Of a stretch of 64,000 nt of DNA, positions 36,928 to 47,269 are shown in pieces; position 1 is the stretch's first letter, and each line of letters begins with the position of its first letter. The notes under the pieces were generated by a model. It made no database searches. It saw only the letters and a program-made list of their open reading frames with translations, and was not told where the DNA came from. A program made the position numbers and the translations under genes. The stretch is from the NCBI GenBank assembly GCA_965232515.1, contig CBDDPY010000002.1, positions 2,464,001-2,528,000 of the forward strand, written 5' to 3'. Source of the stretch: Alphaproteobacteria bacterium. Its GTDB lineage: Bacteria; Pseudomonadota; Alphaproteobacteria; GCA-2731375.

Positions 36928-37827
36928 ATGCTTTATTCCCGCAAAGCGCCCACCGCCAAGCGCGCCGACCTGCGCGCGGCGCTCAGCCAGGGCGGCCTGT
37001 TGCGCTTCGCCGGTGCCTTCTCGCCCGTGGTCGCGCAATTGATCGAGGAGATCGGCTTCGACGGCGTCTATCTCGGCAGCTCCATGCTGTCTGCCGATCT
37101 CGGCCTGCCGGATATCGGCCTGGTCACGTTGAGCGAGGCGGCCGCGCGCGGCGGCGCCATCAGCCGTGTGACCGCCCTGCCGACGTTGATCGATATCGAC
37201 ACCGGTTATGGTGAGACCGTCAACGTCGCCCGCACCATGCAGGAGCTGGAGGACGCGGGCCTCGCCGGCTTTCACCTGGAAGACCAGATCAACCCGAAAC
37301 GCTGCGGCCATCTCGATAACAAGGCGCTGGTCGAGCCCACCGCCATGGTCGAGAAGATCCGCGCCGCCGTCGCCGCCCGCCGCGATCCCGATTTCCTGAT
37401 CATGGCCCGCACCGACGCGCGCGCCGTCGAGGGCATGGACGCGGCCATCGCCCGCGCCAAAGCCTATGTCGACGCCGGCGCCGACGCGATCTTCCCCGAA
37501 GCCATGGCGGACGAGGCCGAGTTCGCCGCCTTCCGCGACGCCGTCGACGTACCACTGCTCGCCAACATGACCGAGTTCGGCAAATCCAAACTGCTCAGAG
37601 CCGCCAGCTTGCGTGACCTTGGCTACAACATGGTGATCTATCCGGCGACCGCATTCCGCCTCGCCATGCGCGCCGTCGAGGACGGCCTGCGCCAGGTCGC
37701 GGCAGACGGCGACCAGACGCAGATCATCGACCGGCTGATGACGCGCAAGCGCTTCTATCAGCTCATCGGCTACGACGAATACGGCCAGTTCGACCAGTCG
37801 ATCGCGGATTTCGAGCTGGACACATGA
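36928..37827 (+). CDS. prpB: Methylisocitrate lyase (ICL/PEP-mutase family)
   Basis: GLPDIG, DIDTGYG, HLEDQ..PKRCGHL, ARTDA, IFPEA, LANMTEFGK. Confidence 0.85.
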   Translation: MLYSRKAPTAKRADLRAALSQGGLLRFAGAFSPVVAQLIEEIGFDGVYLGSSMLSADLGLPDIGLVTLSEAAARGGAISRVTALPTLIDIDTGYGETVNVARTMQELEDAGLAGFHLEDQINPKRCGHLDNKALVEPTAMVEKIRAAVAARRDPDFLIMARTDARAVEGMDAAIARAKAYVDAGADAIFPEAMADEAEFAAFRDAVDVPLLANMTEFGKSKLLRAASLRDLGYNMVIYPATAFRLAMRAVEDGLRQVAADGDQTQIIDRLMTRKRFYQLIGYDEYGQFDQSIADFELDT

Positions 37828-38954
37828 GCCAGCGACGCATCCCCGCCGCTTTCATCCGCGGCGGCACCAGCAAGGGCCTGTTCTTCCGCGCGGCCGATCT
37901 GCCCGCCGACCCTACCGCCCGGAATACCCTCTTCCTCGCAGCCATCGGCAGCCCCGATCCCAACGGCCGCCAGCTCGACGGCATGGGCGGCGGCATCTCC
38001 TCGCTCAGCAAGGTGGTCGTCGTCGCGCCGCCGAGCCGCGACGACGCCGATGTCGACTACACCTTCGGCCAGGTCGCGGTCGACGCGGCGCTGGTCGATT
38101 ACGACAGCAATTGCGGCAACCTGACGTCCGCCGTCGGCCCTTTTGCCGTTGACGAGAAGCTGGTGCCGGCCGCCGATGGCGAGGCCGTGCTGACGCTGCA
38201 CAACACCAATACCGGCAAGCTGATCCGGTCGCGCTTCGCGGTGCGCGACGGCCTCGCCGTCACAGAAGGCGACACCGCCCTGCCCGGCGTCGCCGGCACG
38301 GCGGCGCCGATCCGCCTCGGCTTCGACCAGCCCGGCGGCGCCGTCACCGGCCGCCTGCTGCCCACGGGCAACGTGGTCGACGAACTGGACGTGCCGGATG
38401 TGGGCCGCGTTCGGACCTCGCTCATCGACGCCACCACGGCCATGGCCTTCGTCGCCGCCGCCGACGTCGGCCTCACCGGCACGGAGCTGCCGGACGCGCT
38501 CGAGGCCGACGCCGACCTGATGCAACGCCTCGGCGCGATCCGTCAGGCCGCCGCCGCGGCCATGGACATCCCGCCCGAAACCCAGAGCGTGCCCAAGCTC
38601 GGCCTGATCGCCGGCCCGGCCGCGGCCGAGACGCTCGCCGGCGACACGGTCGCGCCCGACGCCATGCACCTCACCGCCCGCATGCTGTCCATGGGCCGCA
38701 TCCACCGCGCCCTGCCGCTGACCGGCGCGCTCTGCCTTGCCGTCGCCGCCCGTATCACCGGCAGCGTCGTCGCCGACCTCGCGCGGCCCACCGAGACCGA
38801 CCTCGCCATCGCCCACCCCTCCGGCCTCATCGAGGTCAAGGCCAGCGTGCGTCAAGACCCCGACTGGCAGGCCGACAGCGTCGAAGTCATCCGCACGCAG
38901 CGCCGGCTGATGGAGGGGGTTGTGCTGGTGCCGGAGGGAATAGATCCAGGCTGA
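37824..38954 (+). CDS. prpF: PrpF-family isomerase
   Basis: RGGTSKG, GSPDP.GRQLDGMGGG.SS.SK, NCGN, RMLSMG..H, HPSG. Confidence 0.85.
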   Translation: MSQRRIPAAFIRGGTSKGLFFRAADLPADPTARNTLFLAAIGSPDPNGRQLDGMGGGISSLSKVVVVAPPSRDDADVDYTFGQVAVDAALVDYDSNCGNLTSAVGPFAVDEKLVPAADGEAVLTLHNTNTGKLIRSRFAVRDGLAVTEGDTALPGVAGTAAPIRLGFDQPGGAVTGRLLPTGNVVDELDVPDVGRVRTSLIDATTAMAFVAAADVGLTGTELPDALEADADLMQRLGAIRQAAAAAMDIPPETQSVPKLGLIAGPAAAETLAGDTVAPDAMHLTARMLSMGRIHRALPLTGALCLAVAARITGSVVADLARPTETDLAIAHPSGLIEVKASVRQDPDWQADSVEVIRTQRRLMEGVVLVPEGIDPG

Positions 38955-38967
38955 GCAGCCTTAGCCC

Positions 38968-40680
38968 TCACCACCCCAACGCATAACAGGCCCGTCGCGG
39001 ATCGGCGCCTGCGGTGCGTAACCCATCCGCCTGCCCGTCAATCAGGCAGACCGCGCCGGCGCGCCATTCCCAGTCGTCCCAGCAGCGCACGTCGTGGCCG
39101 AGCCGCCGCAGGCCCTCGACCGTCGCTTCCGAGATCCGTCCCTCCAGGTTCAGCCGGCCGGGCAGATAGGTGTGCGGCGCGAACGAGCCGGGGAAGCTAT
39201 AGCTGGCGAAGCGCGGCGCCTCGACCGCGGCCTGCGGGTTCATGCCGAACACGGCGACGTTCAGAAACGCCTGCAGCATGGCCTGGCACTGCACGTCGGC
39301 GCCCGGCGTGCCGAACGGCATGACGCCGCCATCGGCCGAGACCGCCAGCGCCGGACAGGGCGTGAGGCGCGGCCGCTTGCCCGGCGCCACGCCCGAGGGA
39401 TGGTCGGCGTCGGCCCGCGACTGCGAGCCGCGCGAGGACGGGCACAGCCCCGTGCCCGGCACCACGGGCGCGTCATAGGCCGTATCGCTCGGCGTCGCCG
39501 AGAAGGCGTTGCCGGCGCCGTCGACGACGCAGACATAGGACGTGTCCAGCGCCGCCATGGCGGCATCGCCAATACTCAACGCCGGCCAGTCGGTGCCGTC
39601 GCCCGCCGGCGGCATCTCGGCCCAGGCCACGTCGTCGCGGATCAGCGCGCGGCGCATCTCGGCATAGGCCGGCGACAGCAGCGTCTCCATCGGCACCGGC
39701 ACGAATTTGGGATCGCCGTAGAATCGCTCGCGGTCGGCCATGGCGAGCTTGATCGCCTCGGTCAACGTATGGATATAGGCCGTGGAATTGTGGCCCAGCG
39801 CCTTCAGGTCGTAGCTCTCGAGCAGCCGCAGCAGTTGCAGCAGCACCGGCCCCTGGCACCAGGGCCCGCAGGCATAGACCCGTGCGTCGCCGAACGCGAC
39901 CTGCACCGGCGGCTCGACGCCGACACTGAAATCCGCCATGTCCTCCGATGTCAGCCAGCCGTCGTTCTCGCCGTGATAGCGCGTGATCGCGTCAGCGATG
40001 TCGCCGCGATAGAATGCGTCCCGCGCCGCCGCCAGGCCCGCGTCCCGGTCGCCGCCAGCCGCCGCTTCCTCATCGGCCATGTATTGCAGCGACCGCGCCA
40101 GATCGGCCTGCACGAACAGGTCGCCCACCGCCGGCGGCGCGCCGCCCGGCAGATAGATCTCGGCATTGGCCGGCCAGCGTTTGTAATCGACGGCATGATC
40201 GGCAATCAGCGACGCCATCAGCGGATACATGGCGAAACCGTCGCGGGCGAGCGCGATCGCCGGCCCCGCCACCTCGCCGAAGCGCATGCTGCCGTAGCGG
40301 CGCAACGCCGTGATCCAGGCATCGGGCGCCGCCGGCACCACCGTGCGCAGAATGCCGGCCGGCACGCTGCCGCCGTGACGCGCGCGAAAGACCTCGGCCG
40401 AGGCTGCCTTCGGCCAGCAGCCGAGGCCGCTGATCGTCACCACCTCTTGGGTTTCGGCGAGATAGAGAATGATCGGCGCGACGCCGGCGACGTTCACCAG
40501 GTCGCTCTGCACCACGCCCAGCGCCAAGCCGGCCGCGACGCCGGCATCGATGGCGTTGCCGCCTGCCTCCAGCACCTGGAATCCGGCCTGCGCCGCCAGG
40601 TAGTGCCCGGCCGCCACCATATGCTTGCGGCCGCGCAACGCCGGCCGATAGGCGTCCATGTTTTCGGAAATGCCCGTCAT
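38968..40680 (-). CDS. Gamma-glutamyltransferase-family protein
   Basis: GGNAIDA, FYRGDIA, DR..FYGDP, nucleophile DTSYVCVVD, PGKRPR.T, GADPRR. Confidence 0.9.
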   Translation of the reverse strand: MTGISENMDAYRPALRGRKHMVAAGHYLAAQAGFQVLEAGGNAIDAGVAAGLALGVVQSDLVNVAGVAPIILYLAETQEVVTISGLGCWPKAASAEVFRARHGGSVPAGILRTVVPAAPDAWITALRRYGSMRFGEVAGPAIALARDGFAMYPLMASLIADHAVDYKRWPANAEIYLPGGAPPAVGDLFVQADLARSLQYMADEEAAAGGDRDAGLAAARDAFYRGDIADAITRYHGENDGWLTSEDMADFSVGVEPPVQVAFGDARVYACGPWCQGPVLLQLLRLLESYDLKALGHNSTAYIHTLTEAIKLAMADRERFYGDPKFVPVPMETLLSPAYAEMRRALIRDDVAWAEMPPAGDGTDWPALSIGDAAMAALDTSYVCVVDGAGNAFSATPSDTAYDAPVVPGTGLCPSSRGSQSRADADHPSGVAPGKRPRLTPCPALAVSADGGVMPFGTPGADVQCQAMLQAFLNVAVFGMNPQAAVEAPRFASYSFPGSFAPHTYLPGRLNLEGRISEATVEGLRRLGHDVRCWDDWEWRAGAVCLIDGQADGLRTAGADPRRACYALGW

Positions 40681-40726
40681 GCTTTAGCGTAGCACGCGTT
40701 CGCCCGACACGAGATGAGCCAAAAAG

Positions 40727-41131
40727 ATGAACACGCATCTGCACCACGTGCATATCTTCACCAGTGACATCGACGCCACCGTCGCCTGGTACCGCGACAT
40801 GCTGGGCGGCGAGGTGTTCTACGACGGCGAGTTCGGCGGCGCGCGCAACGTGTTCATGAAGATCGGCCACGGCCGGCTTAACATCTACGACCAGCCGCCG
40901 CGCGGCGACGGTCGCAATGCCGTGCACCATATCGGCATCCGCACCGACGACCTCGCGGCCTTGCATTCGCGGCTAGAGGCGAACGGCGTGGCTTTCCGCA
41001 GCGGCATCCGCGAGTTCGGGTCGTGGCGCTACATCATGTGCCCGGCGCCGGACAACGTGCTGTTGGAGCTGTTCGAGGCCGACCGGGCGCAGATGCCTGA
41101 CCGCCTCGCGGCCTTCTTCTTCGACGATTGA
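40727..41131 (+). CDS. VOC/glyoxalase-family protein
   Basis: LHHVHI, VHHIGIRTDDL, PDNVLLELFE. Confidence 0.88.
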   Translation: MNTHLHHVHIFTSDIDATVAWYRDMLGGEVFYDGEFGGARNVFMKIGHGRLNIYDQPPRGDGRNAVHHIGIRTDDLAALHSRLEANGVAFRSGIREFGSWRYIMCPAPDNVLLELFEADRAQMPDRLAAFFFDD

Positions 41132-41140
41132 TCCGACGAT

Positions 41141-41395
41141 TCAGTCGGCCGTCGCGTCGCTGCCGGCATGCTCGGCATAGAGTCGCTCGCCGGCCGGCGT
41201 CGGCACCCACAGCGTACCCGGCCCCTGGTCCCAGCCGCGCTCGCGGATCAGACCGGCCTCGGCCAGCGCCTGGATCGCGTGCGGATCGTGGAATTCGGCG
41301 TTCAGCATCACGTCCGACATGCTGCGCACCGGCTTCGGCAGGCGGCAGAGCCGTTCGAGAATGCGAAACGCTGTGCTGTTGGTGTCGATATTCAT
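41141..41395 (-). CDS. Hypothetical small protein (possible winged helix)
   Basis: 84 aa with coding-like composition; IQALAEAGLI...WVPTPAGERL resembles a wHTH wing. Confidence 0.6.
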   Translation of the reverse strand: MNIDTNSTAFRILERLCRLPKPVRSMSDVMLNAEFHDPHAIQALAEAGLIRERGWDQGPGTLWVPTPAGERLYAEHAGSDATAD

Positions 41396-41448
41396 GGCCG
41401 CGGCGGATCTTACGCCGGGCCGCGGCGGAGATCCATCGTTCCGGCGGC

Positions 41449-42144
41449 CTAAAACAGTCCGGGCACCAGCCGCGCGCGCACGCGGTCGAGATAGGCGTCA
41501 TAACCATCGAGCTGACGGCGCAATGTCGCTTCTTCGATGGCGATCCGCGGCCACATGCCGAGCACGATCATCGGCACGGCCGCGAGCGCCAGCGCGCTCG
41601 ACTCCATGATCAGCCCCAGACCGGCAAAGAATGGAATCATGCCGGCATACATCGGATGGCGCACGACGGCGTAAGGGCCGGTGTCGATGACCCGTTGTTG
41701 CCGCTCGGCCTGGATCTTCACCACCGGCGCGGCAAACGAATTCTCCCGAAAGGTCCAGACGATGATAGCCAGGCCAAAGACATGCAGAGCGAGCCCGCCC
41801 CACAGCGACGCAGCCGACGGCGGCGCCGGCAACCAATGCAAATGGTGAACGTCGACCGGGATCAGTAGGAACCAACCCAGCATCAACAGCATGATCAGCA
41901 GCGTCGCGATCTTGTCTTGCCGGATCTTCGACCTGGGTCGCGCCAGGCGTTCACGCAGCAGATCGGGATCGGCCTTCAACAACCAAATCCCGACTGCGAG
42001 CTGAGATCCGCCGAGAACGGCAATCGCCAGCCAGCCGCGCGGCCAGTCGGCGGTACCCGTCAGCGACCAAGCAGGCCCAATCAGCAGCAGGACATAGGCC
42101 GCAACACCGATCGACCAACGAACCAGCAATCGCCACAGCAGCAC
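41449..42144 (-). CDS. Isoprenylcysteine carboxylmethyltransferase/PEMT-family membrane protein
   Basis: ENSFA, VIDTGPYAVVRHPMY, RIAIEE..L...L.GY..Y. Confidence 0.9.
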   Translation of the reverse strand: MLLWRLLVRWSIGVAAYVLLLIGPAWSLTGTADWPRGWLAIAVLGGSQLAVGIWLLKADPDLLRERLARPRSKIRQDKIATLLIMLLMLGWFLLIPVDVHHLHWLPAPPSAASLWGGLALHVFGLAIIVWTFRENSFAAPVVKIQAERQQRVIDTGPYAVVRHPMYAGMIPFFAGLGLIMESSALALAAVPMIVLGMWPRIAIEEATLRRQLDGYDAYLDRVRARLVPGLF

Positions 42145-42200
42145 ACGCCGCCTCCTTACATGGGGTGTCGTGGATGCTGCAGGTTTTTGTTGGCGTCCGG

Positions 42201-42758
42201 CTAGAGCACGCCGCGATCCATGTCGACGATGTCCTTGCGCAGGGCCTCGAACTCCTCGGCCACCTGCGGGCCGAACAGCGGGTCGGCGACACTGGCGATC
42301 TCGCTCATGATCGCGTGCCAGTCCTCGTCTTCCAGGCTGTGCTCGGCCGGCTTGAACAGGCCGTCGTCCTCCCAGGCCATGTGCTGGCGGTATTTGTTGA
42401 TGAACTCGCGCACGGTTTCGGAAAACTCCGTCCGCGGGATCTCGGCGTCGTGCAGCACCTCTTCCGTCAGCGCCCGGAACTTCCGGGTCAGATCGGACAG
42501 CTTGCGATGCTCGTCATCGAGGTTGCGGACCTTCTCGTAAGCCTCGGGATCGCGCTCCCGCAGCTTCGCCAGGACCAGATCTTCTTTCGGATGGTGATAG
42601 CGGTCGGGATAGGCCAGGCAATAGTCGATGACGCCGGTGATGACGTCGTAATCCGGCCGCCCGCCATTGTCGAAGATGCCGAGCTGGTGTTCCAGCGCGT
42701 CAAGCAGCTTGGCCAGATTGGCGTGATCCAGCCGCAATTCGTCCAGCACTTCCGACAT
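42201..42758 (-). CDS. Hemerythrin-domain protein
   Basis: LRLDH, HHPKED, DEH, HMAWED. SD GGGAGA before ATG 42758. Confidence 0.88.
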   Translation of the reverse strand: MSEVLDELRLDHANLAKLLDALEHQLGIFDNGGRPDYDVITGVIDYCLAYPDRYHHPKEDLVLAKLRERDPEAYEKVRNLDDEHRKLSDLTRKFRALTEEVLHDAEIPRTEFSETVREFINKYRQHMAWEDDGLFKPAEHSLEDEDWHAIMSEIASVADPLFGPQVAEEFEALRKDIVDMDRGVL

Positions 42759-42841
42759 CGCCCGTCTCCCGAACCAGGTTGCATACACGACGCGCCGCAA
42801 CCGCGCCGAGATCAGCATGGCCGGGGGCCAATGGACCTGCC

Positions 42842-42855
42842 TTGACCCTGATCAA
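42842..42855. promoter_or_regulatory. FNR/FixK-type box upstream of the hemerythrin gene
   Basis: TTGAC-CCTG-ATCAA, one mismatch to TTGAT-N4-ATCAA. Confidence 0.7.
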
Positions 42856-42867
42856 GACCCGCCGGGG

Positions 42868-43743
42868 TCAGCCGGCGTGCAGGATCCGCGCGTCCGGGAA
42901 CCGGCGAAGGGCCTGCCGGATCTCCTGTCGCGGCATCAGGCAGAAGGCCGTCGACAGCGCATCGGCCGCGGCGGCCGTCCGGGCCGCAACCGTCACTATG
43001 CGCCGGGCGGTCGCGGCCGCGCCGCTGCGGGGATCGATGATATGCCCCAGCCGGCCCTCGGCATCGAAGGTGGTGGCCAGCGTGTCCGACGTGGCGAGCG
43101 CCCGATTGCGCAGCCGGACGGTCCCGGCGCCCGGCGCGTCGATCCGCGCCGGCCATGCCCGGCCGTCGAGGGCGCGCAACTCGCCCACATTGACCAGCAC
43201 GTCCCGCAGGCCGCGGGCGCGCAGCAGATCGGCAACCCGGTCGGTAATGAATCCCTGAGCGACGCCGTTCAGCGTCAGGGCCATACCCGGCCGGCGAAAC
43301 GCGACCGCTTCGCCCGAGAAGTCCACCGACCCGAAGTCGGCCGGCGCCGACGGTTCGCGCCTACCATGTGCGTAGCCGTCCCACAACGGCTGCACGGTCG
43401 GATCGAAGGCGCCGCCGGTCTGCCGGTGCACCGCGACGACGAACGACAGCAGCGCCAGGAAATCCGGGTCTGGGTCCACCAGCCTCCCGTCGCGGTTCAG
43501 GCGCATGATCGCGCTGTCGGCGCGGTAGAGGCTGAACAGGGCCTCCAGACGCGCGATCTCCCGCCGGCAGTCCGCGAGAATGGCGTTGGCGACGGCGCGG
43601 TCGTCATGGGCGATCCGGATCTCGGCCCGCGCGCCGAGCGCGACGCCGCGCCAGATGGCGACCGGTTCCGCCCGCGCGCTGCCGCCACAGGCGACGGCCG
43701 CCGCCGTGACCGCCAGGAACCGGCGTCGCGTCAGTCCGGTCAT
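42868..43743 (-). CDS. nosX: NosX FAD:protein FMN transferase (ApbE family)
   Basis: Tat motif TRRRFL, FSLYR.DS, GAFDPTVQP, LNGVAQG, ALATS, HIIDP, ADALSTA. Confidence 0.92.
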   Translation of the reverse strand: MTGLTRRRFLAVTAAAVACGGSARAEPVAIWRGVALGARAEIRIAHDDRAVANAILADCRREIARLEALFSLYRADSAIMRLNRDGRLVDPDPDFLALLSFVVAVHRQTGGAFDPTVQPLWDGYAHGRREPSAPADFGSVDFSGEAVAFRRPGMALTLNGVAQGFITDRVADLLRARGLRDVLVNVGELRALDGRAWPARIDAPGAGTVRLRNRALATSDTLATTFDAEGRLGHIIDPRSGAAATARRIVTVAARTAAAADALSTAFCLMPRQEIRQALRRFPDARILHAG

Positions 43744-44282
43744 CCCTGCAGGCCTCCGCCATCTTCTGCCGCCGCCGGCAAATCCACCTCGACCGGTCCC
43801 AGCACCATGGCGTCCTTGATGTCGGCGAAGGCGATCACGGTGCCGCCATGCCGTCGCGCGAAGGCCTCGGCCGCGCCGCGGTCGGCGAACGGCACCAGTT
43901 CCGGCGCGCCCATGCCGCCGCGGCGGTCGCTGCCGACCACAAAGACGGCCGCGCGCAGCGGGATCCAGTTGTCGTCGCCGGGGCGGTCCCAGCTCGCCGC
44001 CGCGCCCATGTCGTGCACGTAGATGACGCTGATCGCCGCCGTCTGCTCGGGCATCCGGTCGAAGGCCAGCGCGTCGCGCACCTGGCTGAACCAAAGCGGA
44101 AACTCATAGCCGACGAGGTGCACCTGCGCCTTCGGGCCGGGATGGTCCAGCACGGTCATCTGGCAGAAATGCCCGGCGGCCTCGCGGGTCAGCGCGATCG
44201 GATCCGGCACGACCGCCATTTCCGGCTCGTCGCAGCCGGCGAGCAACAGCAGGGCCAGACCGCAGATCTTCAATCTCTTCAT
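43740..44282 (-). CDS. nosL: NosL copper chaperone lipoprotein
   Basis: Lipobox LLAGC, HFCQM...HPGPKAQ, GGMG.PE.VPF. Confidence 0.93.
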   Translation of the reverse strand: MKRLKICGLALLLLAGCDEPEMAVVPDPIALTREAAGHFCQMTVLDHPGPKAQVHLVGYEFPLWFSQVRDALAFDRMPEQTAAISVIYVHDMGAAASWDRPGDDNWIPLRAAVFVVGSDRRGGMGAPELVPFADRGAAEAFARRHGGTVIAFADIKDAMVLGPVEVDLPAAAEDGGGLQG

Positions 44283-45109
44283 GGCTCGCGCCTCCGAAAC
44301 ACCGCCGCCGCCAGGGCTAACAGCGCCAATGGCCAGGCGATGAGCGAAATCAGCGGCGCCAGGCTCGGCAGCGCCGCCGTCTGGGCGCCGCCGGCCAGGC
44401 TGCCGGCGAAGGCGCCGGCATCGATGGCCAGCAGATTGAACAGCCGAAAGGCGTCGGTCGGGCTGGCGACCAGCAGCCAGGGGAAGACCGACCGGGTGAA
44501 CATGCCGCCGTCGTCCATGACCACGGCGCCCAGCAGCGCCACGTCGAACATCACCACGGCGATCACCCAGACCGTCAGCGCCAGGCTGGCGGCCGTGCCG
44601 GACTGCCGCACCCAGGCGCTCAGCGCATTGCCGAGCGCCAGGAACCCGGCGCCCAACAGCACCGCGCTCCAGACCAGCCGCAATAGGTGTCCGAAGCTCG
44701 CCGGCGTCACGTCGCCGGTTGCCGCGACGGCGGCCGCTGTCGCGGCGAAGCCGATGACGACCGACGCCGCCAGCACCAGCAGTTGCGCGGCGAACTTACC
44801 GACGAGCAGCTCCGATCGCGAGATCGGATAGGTCAGCAGCAGCGGCAGCGTGCCACGGTCGGCCTCGCCGCTCACCGAATCGTAGGACAGCAGCAGCGCG
44901 ATCAGCGGTACCAGATAGACCGAGAGCGTCGCCAGGCTCGAGACCGTGACGGTCAACCGGTCGACGCCCAGCGTCCCGGCCGCGCCCGATCCGGCGAAGG
45001 CCAGGATCAGGCCGAACACGGTCATCAACGCGACGGCCGTCAGAACCCATCGGTTGCGCCGCGCGATGCGCATCTCACCGACGGCGACGGCAACGATACG
45101 GGCGATCAT
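44279..45109 (-). CDS. nosY: NosY ABC permease
   Basis: RNRW, YLVPLIALL, GE..RGTL.LLLTYP, PTDAFRL. Confidence 0.92.
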   Translation of the reverse strand: MIARIVAVAVGEMRIARRNRWVLTAVALMTVFGLILAFAGSGAAGTLGVDRLTVTVSSLATLSVYLVPLIALLLSYDSVSGEADRGTLPLLLTYPISRSELLVGKFAAQLLVLAASVVIGFAATAAAVAATGDVTPASFGHLLRLVWSAVLLGAGFLALGNALSAWVRQSGTAASLALTVWVIAVVMFDVALLGAVVMDDGGMFTRSVFPWLLVASPTDAFRLFNLLAIDAGAFAGSLAGGAQTAALPSLAPLISLIAWPLALLALAAAVFRRREP

Positions 45110-46008
45110 GGCTCTTCCTCCGGCCGGCTGTAGCGGCGATAGACATCCTCCAGGCTGGGCGGCACCACGTCGACGTCCTCGACCGCCGCGCCGAGCGCGG
45201 TCACCGCCGACAGGCATCGGATCTTTTCCCCCGGCGCGCAGACCAGCTCCACGGCGCAGCCGTTGACCCTGGTGCCGCCGACGTGACGCGCTATTGCGTC
45301 GGCCGCGCCGGGCCGCGCCGCTACGCGAATACGTACCGGCAGCCCGGCGCCGGCGCGCAACGCCGTCAGGCGGCCGTTCGCCGCGACCTGCCCGTTCCGC
45401 AGGATGACGATGCGGTCGGTCCGCGCCTCCAGCTCGGTCAAGGCATGCGACGACAACAGCACCGCGGCGCCGGCCGCCGCGAGCTCCGCCGTCATGGCGT
45501 AGAACATCTCGCGCGACAGCGGGTCCAGGCCGCTGGTCGGCTCGTCCAGCACCACGAGCCTCGGGCTGCCGATCAGGATCTGGGCCAGCCCCAGCCGCTG
45601 GCGCATGCCCTTGGAATAGGTGCCGATGCGACGGTCCATGGCGTCGCCCAGGCCGACCCGCGCCAGCGCGTCGCGCGCCAGCCGCACCGGCGCGCCCTTC
45701 AGCCGATAGAACAGCGTCAGCTGCTCGCGGCCGGTCAGGGAGGGATGGAAGGCCACGTTCTCCGGCAGATAGGCGCAACTCGCCCGCACGGCGTCGGCGC
45801 CGGGCGATTGGCCCAGCACTTCGATCCGGCCCGCGTCCGGCGCCGTCAGCCCCAGGATCAGCTTGATCAGCGTGGTCTTGCCGGCGCCGTTATGGCCGAG
45901 CAGCGCCAGCCGCTCGCCCGGCGCGATGTCGAGCGAGACGCCGTCGAGCGCGACCTGCGCGCCGTAGCGCTTGGAGATCGTCTCGATCCTGACCGCCGGA
46001 CGCGTCAT
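45106..46008 (-). CDS. nosF: NosF ABC ATPase
   Basis: GHNGAGKTT, YLPENVAF, TYSKGMRQRLG, LDEPTSGLDP. Confidence 0.93.
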   Translation of the reverse strand: MTRPAVRIETISKRYGAQVALDGVSLDIAPGERLALLGHNGAGKTTLIKLILGLTAPDAGRIEVLGQSPGADAVRASCAYLPENVAFHPSLTGREQLTLFYRLKGAPVRLARDALARVGLGDAMDRRIGTYSKGMRQRLGLAQILIGSPRLVVLDEPTSGLDPLSREMFYAMTAELAAAGAAVLLSSHALTELEARTDRIVILRNGQVAANGRLTALRAGAGLPVRIRVAARPGAADAIARHVGGTRVNGCAVELVCAPGEKIRCLSAVTALGAAVEDVDVVPPSLEDVYRRYSRPEEEP

Positions 46009-47267
46009 GAGCGATCCTCCCCGGGCGGCCGCATCAGCGGCCTGCTGTCGATGACGCCGCCCGGCAGCAGCGCCGGAAAGGCCTGCTGCGTCCAGCGGAT
46101 CAACTGCACCGCCGGGCTGCCGAGCAGCAGCCGCGCCGCCGGCTGCGTCCACAGAATATGGTCCATCAGGTCGTTCGGCCGGTAAGCCATGTCGGCGAAC
46201 CCGTCGGCGTCGATGTCGAAGGCGGCGTGATCGCTCCAGTAATTGCCGCGGCCGCCGGCGCTCCAGTCGAGCCAGCGCGAGCCGACATATTTCACCTGCG
46301 TGCGGTTGCCCACGAAGGCGTTGCCCGTGATCTCGTTGCGCTCGGACCCGGCCGTGAAATGGATGCCGATGCGGCAGGCCTCGAAGCGGTTGTCGGCGAT
46401 GCGGTTCTTGTTGGCGTTGTACATGAACAGGCACTTCTCGCCGCCGCCAACAACGACGTTGCCTTCGATCTCCGCCCGGTTGGCATAGTTCAGCATGATG
46501 CCGTGGTCCCGATCGTTGCGGGACTCGTTGCCGCGCACCACCAGGTTCTTCGAGAACATCAGCGCATAGCCGGCATGATTGTTGCGCGAGACGTTGCCGG
46601 TCAGCTCGCCGCCGTTCGTGTACATGTAGTGCACGGCGAAACGCAGGTCCTCGAACCGGTTGTTCCGGAACGTGTTCTTTCGGCTGGTATTGACGAAGAT
46701 GCCGTCACGGCCGTAGCGGACGCTGTTGCCGTCCACCACCGTGCCCGGCGCGTTCCAGATATAGATGCCGTTGCCGCGCTCGTTCACCCGGTGACCGCGC
46801 CGGCCGACGATGCTGTTGCCGCGCACGACAGTGCCCCGCGCGCCGTGCACGTCGATGCCGACAAGGTTGCCGACAAGCCGGTTGTCGGCCACGACGCCGT
46901 CCTTCGCCGTCTTGGTCAGTTTGATGCCGGAATCGAGATCTTCGTGCGACGAGCCCGAGCCGACGATCTCCAACCCACGCACCGTCACATCGGCGCCGGT
47001 AATGGTGACAACCGTGCCGGCGCCGGGCCCGACGATCCGCGCGCCGGCGTCGCCGACAAGCTTGAGCGGCCGGGACAGGACCACCAGCCCCGCGTGATCG
47101 CCGGACCCAAGCCGGACGGTATCGCCCGGCCCGGCCCGCTCGATCACCGATGACAGCGCGCCCGAACCGGCCGCCACGACCCATTCGCGGGCCGCGGCGG
47201 CGTCCGCCATCACCGCCCCGAACAGGACAACGACGGTCAGACCGGCAGCGGCGCGGGCGCGCGTCAT
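46005..47267 (-). CDS. nosD: NosD maturation protein
   Basis: RGNGIYIWN, GRDGIF, LRFAVHYMY, GNYWSD, YRPND. Confidence 0.95.
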   Translation of the reverse strand: MTRARAAAGLTVVVLFGAVMADAAAAREWVVAAGSGALSSVIERAGPGDTVRLGSGDHAGLVVLSRPLKLVGDAGARIVGPGAGTVVTITGADVTVRGLEIVGSGSSHEDLDSGIKLTKTAKDGVVADNRLVGNLVGIDVHGARGTVVRGNSIVGRRGHRVNERGNGIYIWNAPGTVVDGNSVRYGRDGIFVNTSRKNTFRNNRFEDLRFAVHYMYTNGGELTGNVSRNNHAGYALMFSKNLVVRGNESRNDRDHGIMLNYANRAEIEGNVVVGGGEKCLFMYNANKNRIADNRFEACRIGIHFTAGSERNEITGNAFVGNRTQVKYVGSRWLDWSAGGRGNYWSDHAAFDIDADGFADMAYRPNDLMDHILWTQPAARLLLGSPAVQLIRWTQQAFPALLPGGVIDSRPLMRPPGEDRS

Positions 47268-47269
47268 CG

